Assembly: GCA_028023455.1 (NCBI GenBank)
Contig: JAQFVV010000001.1
Span: forward strand, 2,666,001 to 2,730,000
From: Epiperipatus broadwayi
Taxonomy: Eukaryota; Animalia; Onychophora
Direction: 5' to 3'
Length of the DNA stretch: 64,000 bases
Below the pieces are notes generated by a model. It ran no database searches, was not told where the DNA came from, and was given only the letters and a program-made list of their open reading frames with translations. Below, piece after piece: positions 26,330-40,345 of the stretch (positions are counted from its first letter, which is position 1; each line of letters begins with the position of its first letter). The position numbers were made by a program, and so were the translations under genes.

Positions 26330-27640
26330 GAATTATTATTTACATATAAAAATTATGTTTGTAAACAAACAAAACTTCTAGTGAAATTCATAATTGATCA
26401 CAAAAACAAAGAAGGATACTTGTGAGTTTTCAAGTAAACCAAGATGGCAGCCCATATTTTTGATAAATCTACAGTTTCAGGGGGAGGCGTGATTACAAAA
26501 AAATGACTGCTGGGAAACATTGTATTTAATATATATATATTTTACTGTTATTTTAGAAAAAAATCATTGTGGAAAAATTAATTACGATATTTACAGTTTA
26601 TTGGGGTGGGGGAGTTAACTTATTAACAGAAGAAATATACATATATATAAATACAATATTGGTATGTTGGGATTAATGTGTCTGTGATGTAACATAATTA
26701 TTGTAATACTGCAATTATATTTGGAAGTATCATTTTAACCTTAGCAAACTTTATATTTAAAAAAATATATTTTTGAATTCAAGTTAAGTTAAAAAAATTA
26801 TTATGAATATAATATAATAAAGGGTTTGGATTAAATAAACTGAATATTGCAAAAATTCCTTTGTTCCTAATTTTTTTTTAACCAAAAAATCTTTTATTTA
26901 TATTGTATTCATAAGTTGTTTTTTTTAAATATAAAGATCATATTAATAATAATTTTTTAAAATTAACTTCAATTAAATTCAAAAACTATTTTTTTTTTAA
27001 TATAAAGTTTGCTAATCTTTAAAAAATTAACAAATATAAAGTTTTTGAATAAGTGTGGCTAAACCATTTTATCATAGCAGTGTTAATCCCAAAGTTCCAC
27101 AATATTTACACTTTATTCATGTTGATGCATATTGTGATCAATAATGCATACTTTTCAGTAGGGCAGAATCCTGTACTTTTCACGAAAGTCCCCAATTTTT
27201 ATCATTATGACAATATATCAAAAAAAAAAAAAAACTGCTGACAAAGAGAAACTTGCTGAATTGAATCAAAATACAACAATGTTAAGATTGTCTCATTACT
27301 TCCCATCTTGTAATACAAGTAAAAACAAAATTGAAATAAAGTTTCTTAATAAAATTTATTGGAATTTATTCCTTTTTTAAAATTTAATAATTGATTTATT
27401 AATTTTGCTTAATTTAACAACTAACACATCTTCAGTAGATTATATAACTCAAAACTGTACATTTATCAAAAATATGGACTGCCATTTTGGGTTATTTGAC
27501 AACTTACCAGTACCCAAATAAATCACTGTAGTGGGAAGTAATAATAACATTAGTTACTCAAAAGTCACTGTGATTAGTTGATCAGAAAAGTTTCATTTGA
27601 GAGAGAATGAAATGTATATAGTATTATAAATAATAGGTGT
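26330..27640. repeat. Old MITE/fold-back element with long imperfect inverted arms
   Basis: Best-conserved pair is 26423-26476 (caagatggcagcccatatttttgataaatctacagtt) versus 27453-27506. Further pairing between about 26655-26690 and 27070-27105. Outer limits approximate. Confidence 0.65.
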
Positions 27641-28015
27641 GCAAATGTATAAGAATATACAATTGCTAATATAAAGATTTATTATAAAAAATAGTTACTG
27701 CATAACACATAATTATTCTATTATTCACTCTACAAAAATTTACTAGAAATTAATATAAACTGAATTTAAAAATGCTTTATGCAAATTAATTATATATGTA
27801 GAGTAATACTCACTCAAAGCATCAGTAAATGGAATAAAGTGCAGTGTGCAAAAGTTCAATTTATTTAGATAGAAATTTATAATTATTTCAAATAATGCAT
27901 ATATAGAAGTAATATACACACTGATAAAGATGAGTTGTTATGCTAAAGACTGTCTCTTCAAAGATTAGGATTTAGTTTTGTTCACCTAAATATATATATT
28001 ATTTATGAATATAAT

Positions 28016-30470
28016 CAGTGCCATCATATGGGGGTAAGAAGTGCCTTTGTGCAAAGTACATTTTAGTGCCCCCCCCCCATTTTATGAAATTAAATTTTAG
28101 TGCCTTCCCCCATTCTATGAAATTAAATTTGTAAATTAAAAATCATTTTTCAATAGCACTTTTGCAAGAAAAATTTGAAAATATGGCTTTAATCATTTAA
28201 TGTGTTAAGTAAAAAACCTTATGTGTTTTCGTAATTTATTTTTATAAAATAAATTTAAAAAATAAAACATATGCTAAAATAAAATTAAAAAATGTTTAAA
28301 AAAAATAGTTTTTGAAACAATAATTTAATAATATCTTAAAGCAAAAATATTTATTTAGTAAATTTAAATTTTTTAATTTTTTCTTTCAAAATTTTTATAT
28401 ATTTTTTGGTCAGTCCTTCAAAATTTCTAGTAGAGATATGAAATTTCTGCAAATAAGATAATTATTTTAAATAACTATGAGTTTATTACATTAAAAGAAC
28501 CACTGTCATACATACCCATGAAACATTGTAGTGCTCTTCTCCTTTTTTGAGTAGGCTCTGTTATTATATAAGTAATTATATAATATCTGTTACTTACCTA
28601 GTTATTAAAAACATTACATACATCCAGAATATGATATCTTTGGCATGCTTTGCTTTTTGAAAAGCAAGAAGCAAATATCACCCAGCTTGCATCCATTATT
28701 CTTTCTGAATCAATATTTAGATCAGTTTTAACCAGCAAGTCAGTAATTCATTAAAAGTATTTCTTGATTGTTCCAAAACCCTGTGAAACTCTCTTATGCA
28801 TAATCTTATTCACTTATTCATGTTTTCTCTTAAAAAAATTATATTTATTCTATAATAAAATATTTACACTATCATTTAATTTTTATATGGTGTTATTCCA
28901 CTATTAATAATTATAATTTATTATATATATAGACCAATATTTTAAATTTTCAAACTATTGTTAGAAATCTTTGTTTTAAAAATCTATTCATTTTTAATTA
29001 AGATCTTCTCATACCCAAAACTTGTTTATGTTTTCTATTAACAAAAATAGTTTCACTTGTTTTTGTTCAATAATAAAATATTTACACTATTATATTTTTT
29101 AATATATTTTAAAAATTCCTATTATATATACATTATACTTTATTATACAGTTGGACAATTAAAGCTTTAGCCAGGATTTCTTTAAGCAAAGAAATTTTAA
29201 ATTTTTATACTTAGATTGTTTGTTCAATACATTTTTAGAAGCAATTAAAATGCCCAGAACTTTATTTTGCTTATCTCCACATTATGTTGGATAACTATAA
29301 AAAATAAATCAAACACTTGGTTTGTTCCACTAGATAATTTTTTTAGACTTTGTCAATAGTGCAATCATATAGGGGTTCATATTAAATAATATCATTACCA
29401 TAAAATTTGTTAAGAATTAAATATTTTGACTTGCAATAATATTTTTTAAAAAATGTTTTTTACTCATTGTGTTTTTCTTAGATTTGGAATTTAGTATGGA
29501 TTATGGTTCAATCATGAGTTTTTAGTTAAAGAATGCATTCAAGGGAAAGCTGTTTTGTAAAGTGTAAAAATTAATATAGCAATTAAAAAATATGATACCA
29601 ATATTAAAAATAGAAAAAGCTATTTAGTAATACATGTAAAATGATAATAGTGTAATAAAAAAAGAGAAAGATAACTTTATTAAAAAAATTAGCACAACAC
29701 AGCACAGGAATGAATCCCAGACTTCACATTTCAAAGATGGTCACTTTATCAGTACTCGAAAATGAACAATACATTTAAGCTCTGTAAAATATTATTTATG
29801 CAGAATTACTGTAATTATGAGGCAATATTTTTTAAATAAGTTTTATTTTTAAATAATTATTAATAATATACTACTTTTTATTTATATTAAGATATTTAAA
29901 TAAAAATGATTGGGAAATCGAAACATTTTCATTTACATATAAATTTTATTAATTATAGTGATGAAAGAGCATTAATCTGTTTGGTTTTGTGCAATGATAG
30001 AGAATATTGAAGTATATTTTGAGTTTTGAGCAATTGTTACATTAATTATAAGTAAAGAAATATTTCTTTTATATTTAAACAATAAATATTTATAATCAGA
30101 ATGTGTTTCTAAGAATAAAGTGATTTGGAAATCTAAACATTTATATATGTTTTATTAATTATCATGACAAAATGGTATTCGCCTATTCATTATAGTGTAA
30201 TGATGAGTATATATGTAGAATATTTTGAGTTCATGCCTCAAAATGCGAGACTCAAGTAATTATCAAAAATAAGTTTAAGTAAGGAAGTATTCATCAAATT
30301 TAAATAAAAAAATATTTACACTTAGAATGTATTTCTAATGATGAGCAATTCAAAGATGTAAACATTTTTATTTACATATAAATTTTATTAATTATCATGG
30401 TGTCTTGGTACTCCTATGATGAAGTGCCTTTGTGCCCCACTTAACCATTACCCCTGTATGTGGGGCCCTG
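28016..30470 (-). mobile_element. Non-autonomous hAT element, copy B
   Basis: Ends CAGTGCCATC.. and ..TGGGGCCCTG. Perfect 8-bp TSD aatataat (28008-28015 / 30471-30478). Subterminal gaagtgcctttgtgc occurs near both ends. Minus-strand LNIDSERIMDASWVIFASCFSKSKACQ (about 28640-28730) resembles a hAT transposase C-terminus (inference). Confidence 0.9.
29900..30400 (+). repeat. Degenerate tandem repeat, period about 215-230 bp, about 2.3 copies, inside hAT copy B
   Basis: Marker aaacattt..atttacatataaattttattaattat recurs near 29920, 30135 and 30360. Confidence 0.65.
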
Positions 30471-30849
30471 AATATAATAAACTCACATTTATTTTGTTTT
30501 GTTTTTTTGATACAAACTGGCTGGTATGTATATACTTTTGAGATACATAACAGGTTGGCTACAGTCAATAAGAGACCTGAAGTTTACAGTATATTAGATA
30601 CAGGCAACAAGAGACCTTAAGTGTAGAATATATTGTTAGTCAGCATTTTCTAAAGCTGATAGTAGACTTTGTGCAAATGACAGAGGAACTTGTAATCAAT
30701 AGTAGTTGATACTCTTAAAAAGAGCATGTAAATTAGTAATAGTTTGCTGAGGGTGACTAGCATTGTCACATGTGTAATTGAACGATTTGTGATATTTTTA
30801 TATGAATTAAACAACATCCAATAATGGCATTCCATAATAATGTTGAGGA

Positions 30850-33590
30850 ATTTGATGTTAATGATGCAAGTTGGAGTTGGGACATGGAGCACTTAGAGAA
30901 ATATATGCTTATTAATAAAGTAGAGGATGACAACCTAAAGGTTGCAACACTGATGTGGCTAGGGGCAAAGATGTTCTGCAAATAGCAAAAAGTCAAATGG
31001 AAGTCTCCAGAAGTAGCATACCTTGAGTTAAAAAAAAATTAAGTACATACTGTGAACCGATGAAGTCTAAATGGGTGTCATATTTATGTTTTAGAAATAG
31101 AAGATAAGCACTAAATGACAAATATCAACAGTATGATATAGCATTGTGGAATTAGTGAAATATGAGAATGTAATGTTGAATTGGATGACATACACTTTCT
31201 TCAATGGCTATGAGGGATGACTGACAGTAAATTACATCAAGTTTTTCTTCATGAAATAGCCTTTTCCTATAAAGAGGTAATGGATAAATGTATAATACAG
31301 TAATTAACCATGGAAGATGCTGCAGAATTTCAAAATAATAAAGATGTAAGAACATATAAGATGTTGGTGAATAAAGCCAACATTCAGACCATGAACAGTT
31401 GAATCCCATGAAGACTTTTGTATGCTACTGCCATTGTGAGTAAGGTCATTTAAAAAAGGCCTATAAATTCAAAAGTGAAAAATGCCATGTGTGTTTATTA
31501 CTTAAAAGAGATTAGAAAAAGGCAGTTGTGTGTAGATTTCAAATCATATGAAGGAGGAGTTAAGAGTAAAAGTGAAGTAAAAACAATAAACAAAGTAGAT
31601 AATAACTATATTTGTTTAAATGTATAAATTCATGAGTAAAAAAAACAATAAGAAAATTGACAAAATTGAAAATTTTACAAAAAGATTGGACAAAATTAGT
31701 AAAGAACGCAAAAAGAGCATCACTGTGGGAAAAGTCAGAGATTATAGAGTCAGATATAAATAGGAATGGAAATTATATACAAGGCAAAGTAATGGTACTG
31801 ATTAAGCTAAAGACTAAAATAAAATTAGTGCCATTGTATATTGTGAAAAGAGAATTCATTCTAATCTTAGGAAGAAATTGGTTTGTACTTCTAGGAATAT
31901 GAATTGATATGGTCAAGAAAATACAATTGGAGTCTGAAGTTCAAACCAGGCAACCACAGTTGTTCAAGTCAGCACCAGCAGAGTTTCAAAGAAAATCTTT
32001 TGACATAGAGTGAGTTAAAAATACACTGCCCATTATTTATAAAACATGAAAAGTTCCATTAGCTCTAAGGTCAAAAGTGGAAGCAGCTATTCAAGACTTT
32101 GTCAAAAGAGGTGTATTGACTCTAATAGAAGAGACATCCTGTCTTCTCCGGTTGTGGTATTTTAATACTAGATGGAACTGTCTATTTATGCAGAAACTAT
32201 CAAGTGATAATAAATATATAATAAAGGTAGCTTACCAAATTTCTGAGTATTTGAACCATAGTAGCTTCATTGCAGAATGCATAGTATTTCATGAAGCTCA
32301 ACTTGAAATCCATATTTTAGTTATGAGTGTTGCTGATGATTTGCACTTATCTTAGATTAATGTTAAGTGTAATAAATTGCTGTATGGAATTATCATCATA
32401 TCTAATCTGTTTCAAGCCAAAATGGATAGTTTGTTTTAAAGTATGGAAGGTATTATTCTTTATCTTGAGGAAATATTAGCTATGGTGAAGAGAAAGTAAA
32501 TTAACTACATGTGTTCTAGAAGTTTTCTAAAGTTGGATAAAATAGATGCAAAGCTAGGAAAATCAAGTTTTTAGGTCATATAATAAATGTTATCAGTAAT
32601 TATTCTAATCTGGGTAAGTTAAAATTGAAAAAAATGTTGCTAAACCAAAAAATGTTAAAAACCTGCAGGCATTTCTGAATTTATTAAATTTTTACATAGT
32701 TTGTTGTTTGAGTTATATTTTGAAATTAATGTATGTATTTATTTTAACGTATTTAAATTTTACATTTGTATCTTTATCACACATCTGTGTTTGTTTTACA
32801 TAAATTTTTACAAGTTTTTTGAAAAGGATAAGCACAGTATTAAGCTATCTCAGTTACTAAACAAGGGACAACATTGGAAGTAGACTGTAGAATGTGAGAA
32901 TACTTTTAATAAAGCAAAGGAACTGCTTATTTCTGAAAAGTTGTTTGTCCATTATCACAATGACCAAGAGGTCATTATTACTACTGACACCTCAGATTAT
33001 GGTGTAGAAGCATTTATATCTCATCACTGTTATGGAGATGAATGTTGTAATGCATATGTCTTCCAAACATTGATAACTATAGGAAAAAAATATAGTTAGT
33101 AGGGCAAAGAAGCTCTGGCAGTAGTATATGCATGTTTATAAACTTGAATTCAGATTCTATATAGACCACTATCCTTTAATAGGCATATTTGGAAATGCAA
33201 AGAAAACTCAAAAATATGCAGTCAGAGAGTCATATGTTGGACTAATATGTTAGCCATATATGATTTCAAACTAATGTATAAACCTTGGAACAATTTAGTT
33301 GTGGATATCTTGTCAAGGTTACCGCTTAAGTATAAATTTGAAAAAAAATTTTTTTTTTAAATTTCAGAAATAAATTACATAGATGCAATGGGAAATAATG
33401 CATTAGATAACATAATAGTTGCTGAATCGACTAAACTCAATACTAACTACCAGGCTTTTTAATGATGGATTGAATATGGTCAGCTAAATAAACACCCAGA
33501 AAATGTATCAAAACCTTTCAGGAATGTTTGCAAATGTTTGTTGATTTGTAAAAATTGAGTATTAATGACATATTGAGTTGTACATTAACA
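30850..33590 (+). mobile_element. Heavily decayed Ty3/Gypsy internal region (gag-PR-RT-RNase H-start of IN), no LTRs recognised
   Basis: My translations, in order: gag EFDVNDASWSWDMEHLEKYMLINKVEDDNLKVATL..YLELKKKLSTYCEP; protease-adjacent LILGRNWFVLLGI; RT KVPLALRSKVEAAIQDFVKRGVL; RNase H TTDTSDYGVEAFISH..KKYS..KEALAVVY. Confidence 0.85.
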
Positions 33591-36500
33591 CATGATTATT
33601 TATAGTGGCATTTATTATACTGATGTTTTATTGCTCTTTCAGCAATTGTCTGCAATAAGTACATTAGTAATTATGAACATTTTTTATAAGATTAGAAATT
33701 ACTACATTTCTTTTTACCTTAAATATGGGTTTTATATCTTATTAATGATTAAATATATTTATGATAAATTGTAGAAAGGTGTAAGAGTTTTACTTTTTAA
33801 CCATTCATTTTTTTGTATTTATGTGCATAAACTAGAATTTAAATCTGGTTAAAATTTTGAGTTTTTCTTCAGATTCAAGCTTAAGATTTTTCATTTAAGT
33901 AGCTATTCTTATTGATCTCTTTACAAGTATCAAGTATTTATAAAAACTATGACCTAACATTTGATAATGTATGGTCTTCGCATTCATTCTTTCATAGGGA
34001 TACAAGAACACTTTGAAGTAGGCTATTTTAGAACTATTTTATCTTTCTTAAATTGTCGCAGTAGTGGATTGTGGATATCTTATTTTAAAAAATTTAAATT
34101 TTAGGAAATTTTTAATTGCCTGAAAAATGTACACTTTTGCACAATTAAACATTCTGATTTATTTCAGCAATGTTATTGTAGTGCAGTAGCAGATTTTAGA
34201 GTTAAATGCCCATGGATTGCAGCTTAACTCCGTTAGTTTCAATACTCGAGTGTCATGACTTTTGCATGACAGGCCATTTGATTTTTTTAAAAATTACATT
34301 ACGGCAATGGAAACATAGTATCGGAATTAAAGATATTCATATATTTTGTTCAGATATTAGCAATTCGTTACCTCGAATTTTATTTTAAAATTCTGTAAAA
34401 CGTTCTACCTACGAATAATCAGTTTATTTCTTGTAATTAGTATTTTCTGATTATAATCGACGTTTTGTTTTTATGACTAACATCATTATTATATTTTTTT
34501 GAATTCATAATATTGATGAAATTGTAAATATTTTTATATACTGTAATTTTTTTAAATATATATACATATTATCAAAATAACATTTTTTTGAGATAAAATT
34601 ACTTGCTTTGTTTATTTAATACTCCGGGAAGTAAATTATATAGTTGCAAAGAGGGAAAAAATGACCTTCTTTCTTTTTTACTCAACATGGTAAATTGGGC
34701 ACATCCTTTCCTTTTTTTTTTTTTTATACCCCGTCCCCGCCATCCATTGTGTTAAATTAACAATAATAGAAAGCGTCTGCATCAGATAAAGCAAAAGCTT
34801 TTCAAATCAGAAATGCAAATGTTTAACCACTAAGCAGAAATTAAACTACCTCTTGAATTTCAGTATCTTAGATATATCACCTTTGTGTTTATCATGTGAT
34901 ACACTCAGATGATAAAAGACCATTATAATTATAGAAACAAAGCATTATTTTTAAGTATTAATCTTCTGCTTTTTATTTTTAATCTTTTTCTATTATTATC
35001 AGTAATATTGTAAATATTTATGAGGATGCATTATCGTGTGGAATGAATAACATGAAAAAATAAACAATTATGAGTATGAATACATATATTTAGCAAGTAA
35101 GTCTGTGCGCGCATATATGTGTCTACTGCTGCTCCAAAAACCAAAGCTTATTATTAAGGTTTATGATGATGTTTTAAAGTTGAAATGCTAAATCAGATTG
35201 TGTTATGGGGTGACAAGCAGTAAGAAACTATCAATTGTTATTACTTCATTATAGTATTTCGTTACTTGGGCACTTAAAAGGCCAAAAACATGTATTAATA
35301 ATGAATTTTTTGGCATGACATATGTATTTTTTTAAAAATTTTAGAAATAAATTTTTGATATTTATAATAATTAATAAAGTAATTAGATTTGCATTTGTAC
35401 TGATGTACTTCTATGCCCTTTTTACCAAAAAAAAGAAGTCCTTACAAAAAAATATAATTGCAAGTTTTTTATTTCTTATTAATGCATCTTTTATCTTTAG
35501 CTCAATCTCATCATAACCATCCATCAGCCTAAAAGTCAGACCAAGCTCTCACACCACAGATACATTTAAAACATACACTTTTTCAAGCAAGTCGTGTAGA
35601 ACATGTTTTGACTTCATATACACAGGGAAATATGTTTCAAAATGCAACAAACCTTAAGTATATGATTAGTTCTTAAGATGTTGTTGCATAACTTATTTGG
35701 ATACGTTTTTTTTTGTGTGTGTGTGTGAGTCAGGTAAATCAAATCCTGAATTTTATGTTAATTGTTAAGAATCCAACACAAGTGATATCCAATGTTCAAA
35801 AGTTTGTTTATGATTAATCTTTTACGATTAAATAGGGGGGAGGGTTAAATACATAAAGCAAAAATATAAATGTATAAAAATAATTATTACAATGAATTTC
35901 TAAGTGTAAAATTGAGATATGGATCAATGGAATTCATTAATATTAACAGTTGTGTGGAAACAATATCAACAATAAAAAGGAAATTAAAATTCTATTAGGA
36001 CAAACAATTTAATAGTAGAAAAAAACATTTTATAAAAAAATGATAAAATATGAAAAAGCTTGATTTAATATGTATAGCTCTTTGAGATAGATCTTGATCA
36101 TTCCTAAATGAGATAGAAGATGTAGAAATTTGGAATATTCTGATAAAATGATCATATCATTTTAATTAATTTGCAAACTTACTGAACTTGCTAAAGAAAT
36201 GGTGCTTGTTCCAATATCATATGAAGTTGGAATTAATTCCATTAGAATCACTATATGAAGATATGGTTTCATTTTTTTAGTTCTCACAAATAATAACATG
36301 GGATCCTTAACGTTTAAAAATATTCATAGTTATATATTACACAAATAGAAATTAAATTTTAATGATTTTAACAAGCTTGTAAATAAAGTACAATAATGCC
36401 CAAGCCAGATTTCCAAAGAATCATTTAAGTAAACTTATATTTAATGTCCATTTTTTCTATCAATGCTATTCTATTTGTCAAATCTGATGGTTGGATTGGC

Positions 36501-38444
36501 ATTAATACAAGAATGTGGGCATTACTTGCAAATTTATTTAAATAATTCTTTGGGAATTTGACTTGTAAATTTTCATTGTAATGTTTTTGGACTTAGCTGT
36601 TCCATTAATAGGTCTATAAAAATTAAATATATATATATTCATATATGTTGTAGCAAAACAAAAAATATTAAATTAAAAATATTAAATTATATTTTTTTTC
36701 TTGAGAAGACCATAACAATTGGTAGAAAATGAAATCCAGAATGCAGACTATTTCTAAATATGTGCACCCTGCGTTTTTATTTATGAAAGTAATATATATA
36801 TATATATTACTTTTTGATGCATTTATAAGAACAAAAACATTAAAAAAAATTTTTTTTTACTTCTGGTTTTAGTTTTAAGTATATAACAATGAATTACTGG
36901 AATCAATTTTCAATGAATAATTCAGTTTTAATCCATTGCAGTTATAATGTTGTTTTATATCATAAAGGTTACAAGTAGAATCTCATACTTCTGCCAAAAA
37001 AGTATTTGTTTTATATTATTATTGTTCTATATTATAAGCATTACTACTATAAACACTAAAATATTTGTGAACAAATTTTAAAAAATCTATACATAAAATA
37101 AAAAAATGGAAATATAAAATTATTTTTGTTTAGTATAACTTTTAACTGGAATCAATTAATTACTTTATTACAGTCAGTTATTTTCATGAAATAAATTTTC
37201 TTTTTTATTATTGTAAGCATTGTTTATAATAAATATTATAGTATTTGTCTAAAAAATAGAAAAAATAGCAATCATTTGCAGAAGGCAAAGAAAATTTGCT
37301 TTTTACTACATGTCACTAAACTCAATAAAGAGGCATAAAACTCAAACTAATTTGATTTTTACAAAATAGAGACATACCAAGGAATATACTTAGGTAGATA
37401 CCTGTTCAATTAAAAAATATATATGAAATTAATGCATTGGAAAATTTATAGTGATATCATGTACTGATTGTAATTGTTGTGAGTTAAATTATAAAGACTG
37501 CCATAGAAATTATTAGCAACAATGTTACATAAAATTTAAAAATTTTACTATTTTTTTGCTAAAATTGTTTGCAAATTCTAAAAAAAAAAAGTGGAGTTAT
37601 GAAGATTACATATGTGTGCAAAATTTTAGTTTGATTGAAAATTGAAGTGGATAAAAACAGTATTTCAAGATTTGATATAGACAGGCAAATTAAAAAATTA
37701 GAGTAAGTTAAATGAAAGATTGTATATTGATATTTTATCAATTTAATGCTTATTAAAATAATTTTGTATGATTTAAAATATATTTCAAAGCTTTTTATTT
37801 TTACTGAAAACTTCAGTATTTTTTGTTTTAATTGAGTTATCTTTTTAAACTTATTTTTGATTCTATCAGATTTTTTTTCTTCATAATATCAATTTTAATG
37901 ATTTCATTATAATAATAATAATTTTTTTTAAGACAAATATTTTTTGGAAAAATAAAATTAAAAAATACTTGGTATGATAAGGTAGTTAGTGTATTAATCT
38001 GCCATAGCAATGGCCTCAGAATTTGAGTTAGTCCAGGCTTGGTGAATTTTGGAATTTTTTTTAGATCACATGCAGATTTAGAATTTTTCTTTGTGGTAAC
38101 CATACTATTAATTAATCCAGATAGTCATTCAGTATTGATCAGCAAATATTTATCTAGATATTATCAATTGAAGGTAAAGTTTCTAGCTTAATCTGGATTG
38201 ATGTGTTGTACAAATATAATTATAATATGACAGACTGTGCATAAAAGCTAACATTGATGGATGTTGCTGATGGTTTATGGTTAACTTTACATATTTAGAT
38301 ATTATTTTTAGAGAGTTTTATATCAATGGTAACATCTGGAAATTCTGGGTAGTGTATTTCTTCAGAATCATTAATCAATTGTTGAATTTTTTTAGTTTTC
38401 TCATGTTACACATCACTAATCTATTTATTTCATTGATAATCAAT

Positions 38445-38446
<2 letters not shown>

Positions 38447-38484
<38 letters not shown>

Positions 38485-38510
38485 AACGACATATTTATAT
38501 ATATATATAT
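38447..38510. repeat. (TA)17 tract followed by a 10-bp TGTAACGACA interruption and more TA
   Basis: Read directly: TA 38447-38480, tgtaacgaca 38482-38491. Confidence 0.9.
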
Positions 38511-38985
38511 AATTTATTTTTCATTTTCCCACAATTATATACTTTTCTATTTAAATAGAACATCTCATAAGTAAAATAAGACAATTTTAATCTGGTCATT
38601 AGTACTCCAAATGGAATCTCAAATCTTCAATGATTGATTATCCATTTATTTGTTTTTCTTATTTTCCTTAGCATTCTTAAATATTATGGAAAACAACAAC
38701 ATTCAAAAGCTTAATGTTTATTCTATTATTCTCTATATAAAATCACATTTTACACTATTTAATTTAGCATGGTTCAGTCTCATATTTTTTCTTAAATTTT
38801 AATTATCAAAACTGTAGAATCATGAAACAATATATGCTCTTCTTAACAGTAGAGATTATAACTCAAAAGCCTCTCAAATTTATTTTCATAATCTAACATA
38901 GTGAGATTATGATAATTATAATGATTATTATTAATCTAATGCATGTTTTTTGGGTAATAACATTTTCAAGTTGTTGTATTCATTA

Positions 38986-39085
<100 letters not shown>

Positions 39086-40345
39086 ACAGTCTGTTTACTT
39101 TTGAAATAGTTAAACTTTTCTATTTGTAAATAATTGTTATTTTAATCACTTTTATTTTAAAAATTCTGTTTGCTTAAAAAAAAATTTGTAATAAAAATTA
39201 ATATATTTCTATCAAATGGATTTCCTTCAAATTTTGCATCTGTTATAAGTTGATGGAAATGCTGTATAACAATGAAATGTTTCAGTATGATGCCTTCATT
39301 TGTTTACTATGGAAGTGTTGTGGATTGAATTTCAAATTCATTGATATTGTTTAGTAAATTTTCAGTGATGTGCATGAGATGGCAGTATATGTTTATTTTT
39401 AAAAAAGTGTAGACTAAAATGTGTTAATGATCATTAATTAAAATAGAAATAAAGACAAATCTTGACTGTAAATTTTTTTAAAAAAAATAAATAAAATTTA
39501 ATTTTCTCTTGATTGTAAAAGTTGATTTTTTTAAAATGCTTTTTAATAATAAACTAAACAATATTGTAAATGGTTTTTATGTTATGAATTAATTTATAAT
39601 TTCCATTTTAAATTTGGAATTAGCATAATTAAAAAATGTATAAACACTAACAAATAATATTGGATATGATTTTTTTTATAAAGCAAACTTTATTATTAGT
39701 GAATTATATACATGTATTAACATATGTACAAATGAATAAAGTTATATAACATTTGATTACAACATATAAACACCTAAGCAATACAATTGGTGTTTCATAT
39801 GGCAGCTGAAAAATTGTTCAAATTGATTTAGGCAAAAATGATTATAAAAGAACATGAATTCATTTATGCTTAAACAATGACATCTTATGATTTTATTATA
39901 GTTAAGATGTAAAAGTTAGTATTATATTAACCATTAAGAAATCACAAATTATAAAACAGATCATAGATGTTTATCTAAACATCTGTGAGAAGTTTGATGT
40001 TCATTTTTACTAACAACTGCTACTTTTACTAAATTTTAGCAACTGTAAACACTCAAAATTCCACATTTGTTTTTTAAAGCTTGTTTTGTTACAAATGCAT
40101 AGTATTCTCTTAACTTGATAATGTTCATATTTATTAGAAAAAAACAATTTATATACTTATAAAAAAGCATGGCAGTTCTGTCTCTTTACATTGTTGTTTT
40201 ACCATTGTCAAGAGTAATATGAACTTAGGATTTTTTTAAAAAAGCAATTTCTGTAGGACTGCTTTTATTGATCTTTTAATTAAAAAAAATGAGGAAGTAA
40301 GTATATCATAGACAGTCAACTTAGATCTAAGACATTCTCCTATTG

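Noticed and set aside
28640-28720. RT-like reading NNGCKLGDICFLLF inside hAT copy B
   Set aside because: The TIR/TSD context and an alternative frame resembling a hAT C-terminus explain the region better; no other RT motifs are in order.
36390-36565. About 33-bp imperfect inverted repeat
   Set aside because: Short and AT-rich, and the neighbouring inverted match is in an inconsistent order.
37837-38440. Possible old LINE RT fragment on minus
   Set aside because: More GC-balanced than its flanks, but no convincing conserved motif could be read.
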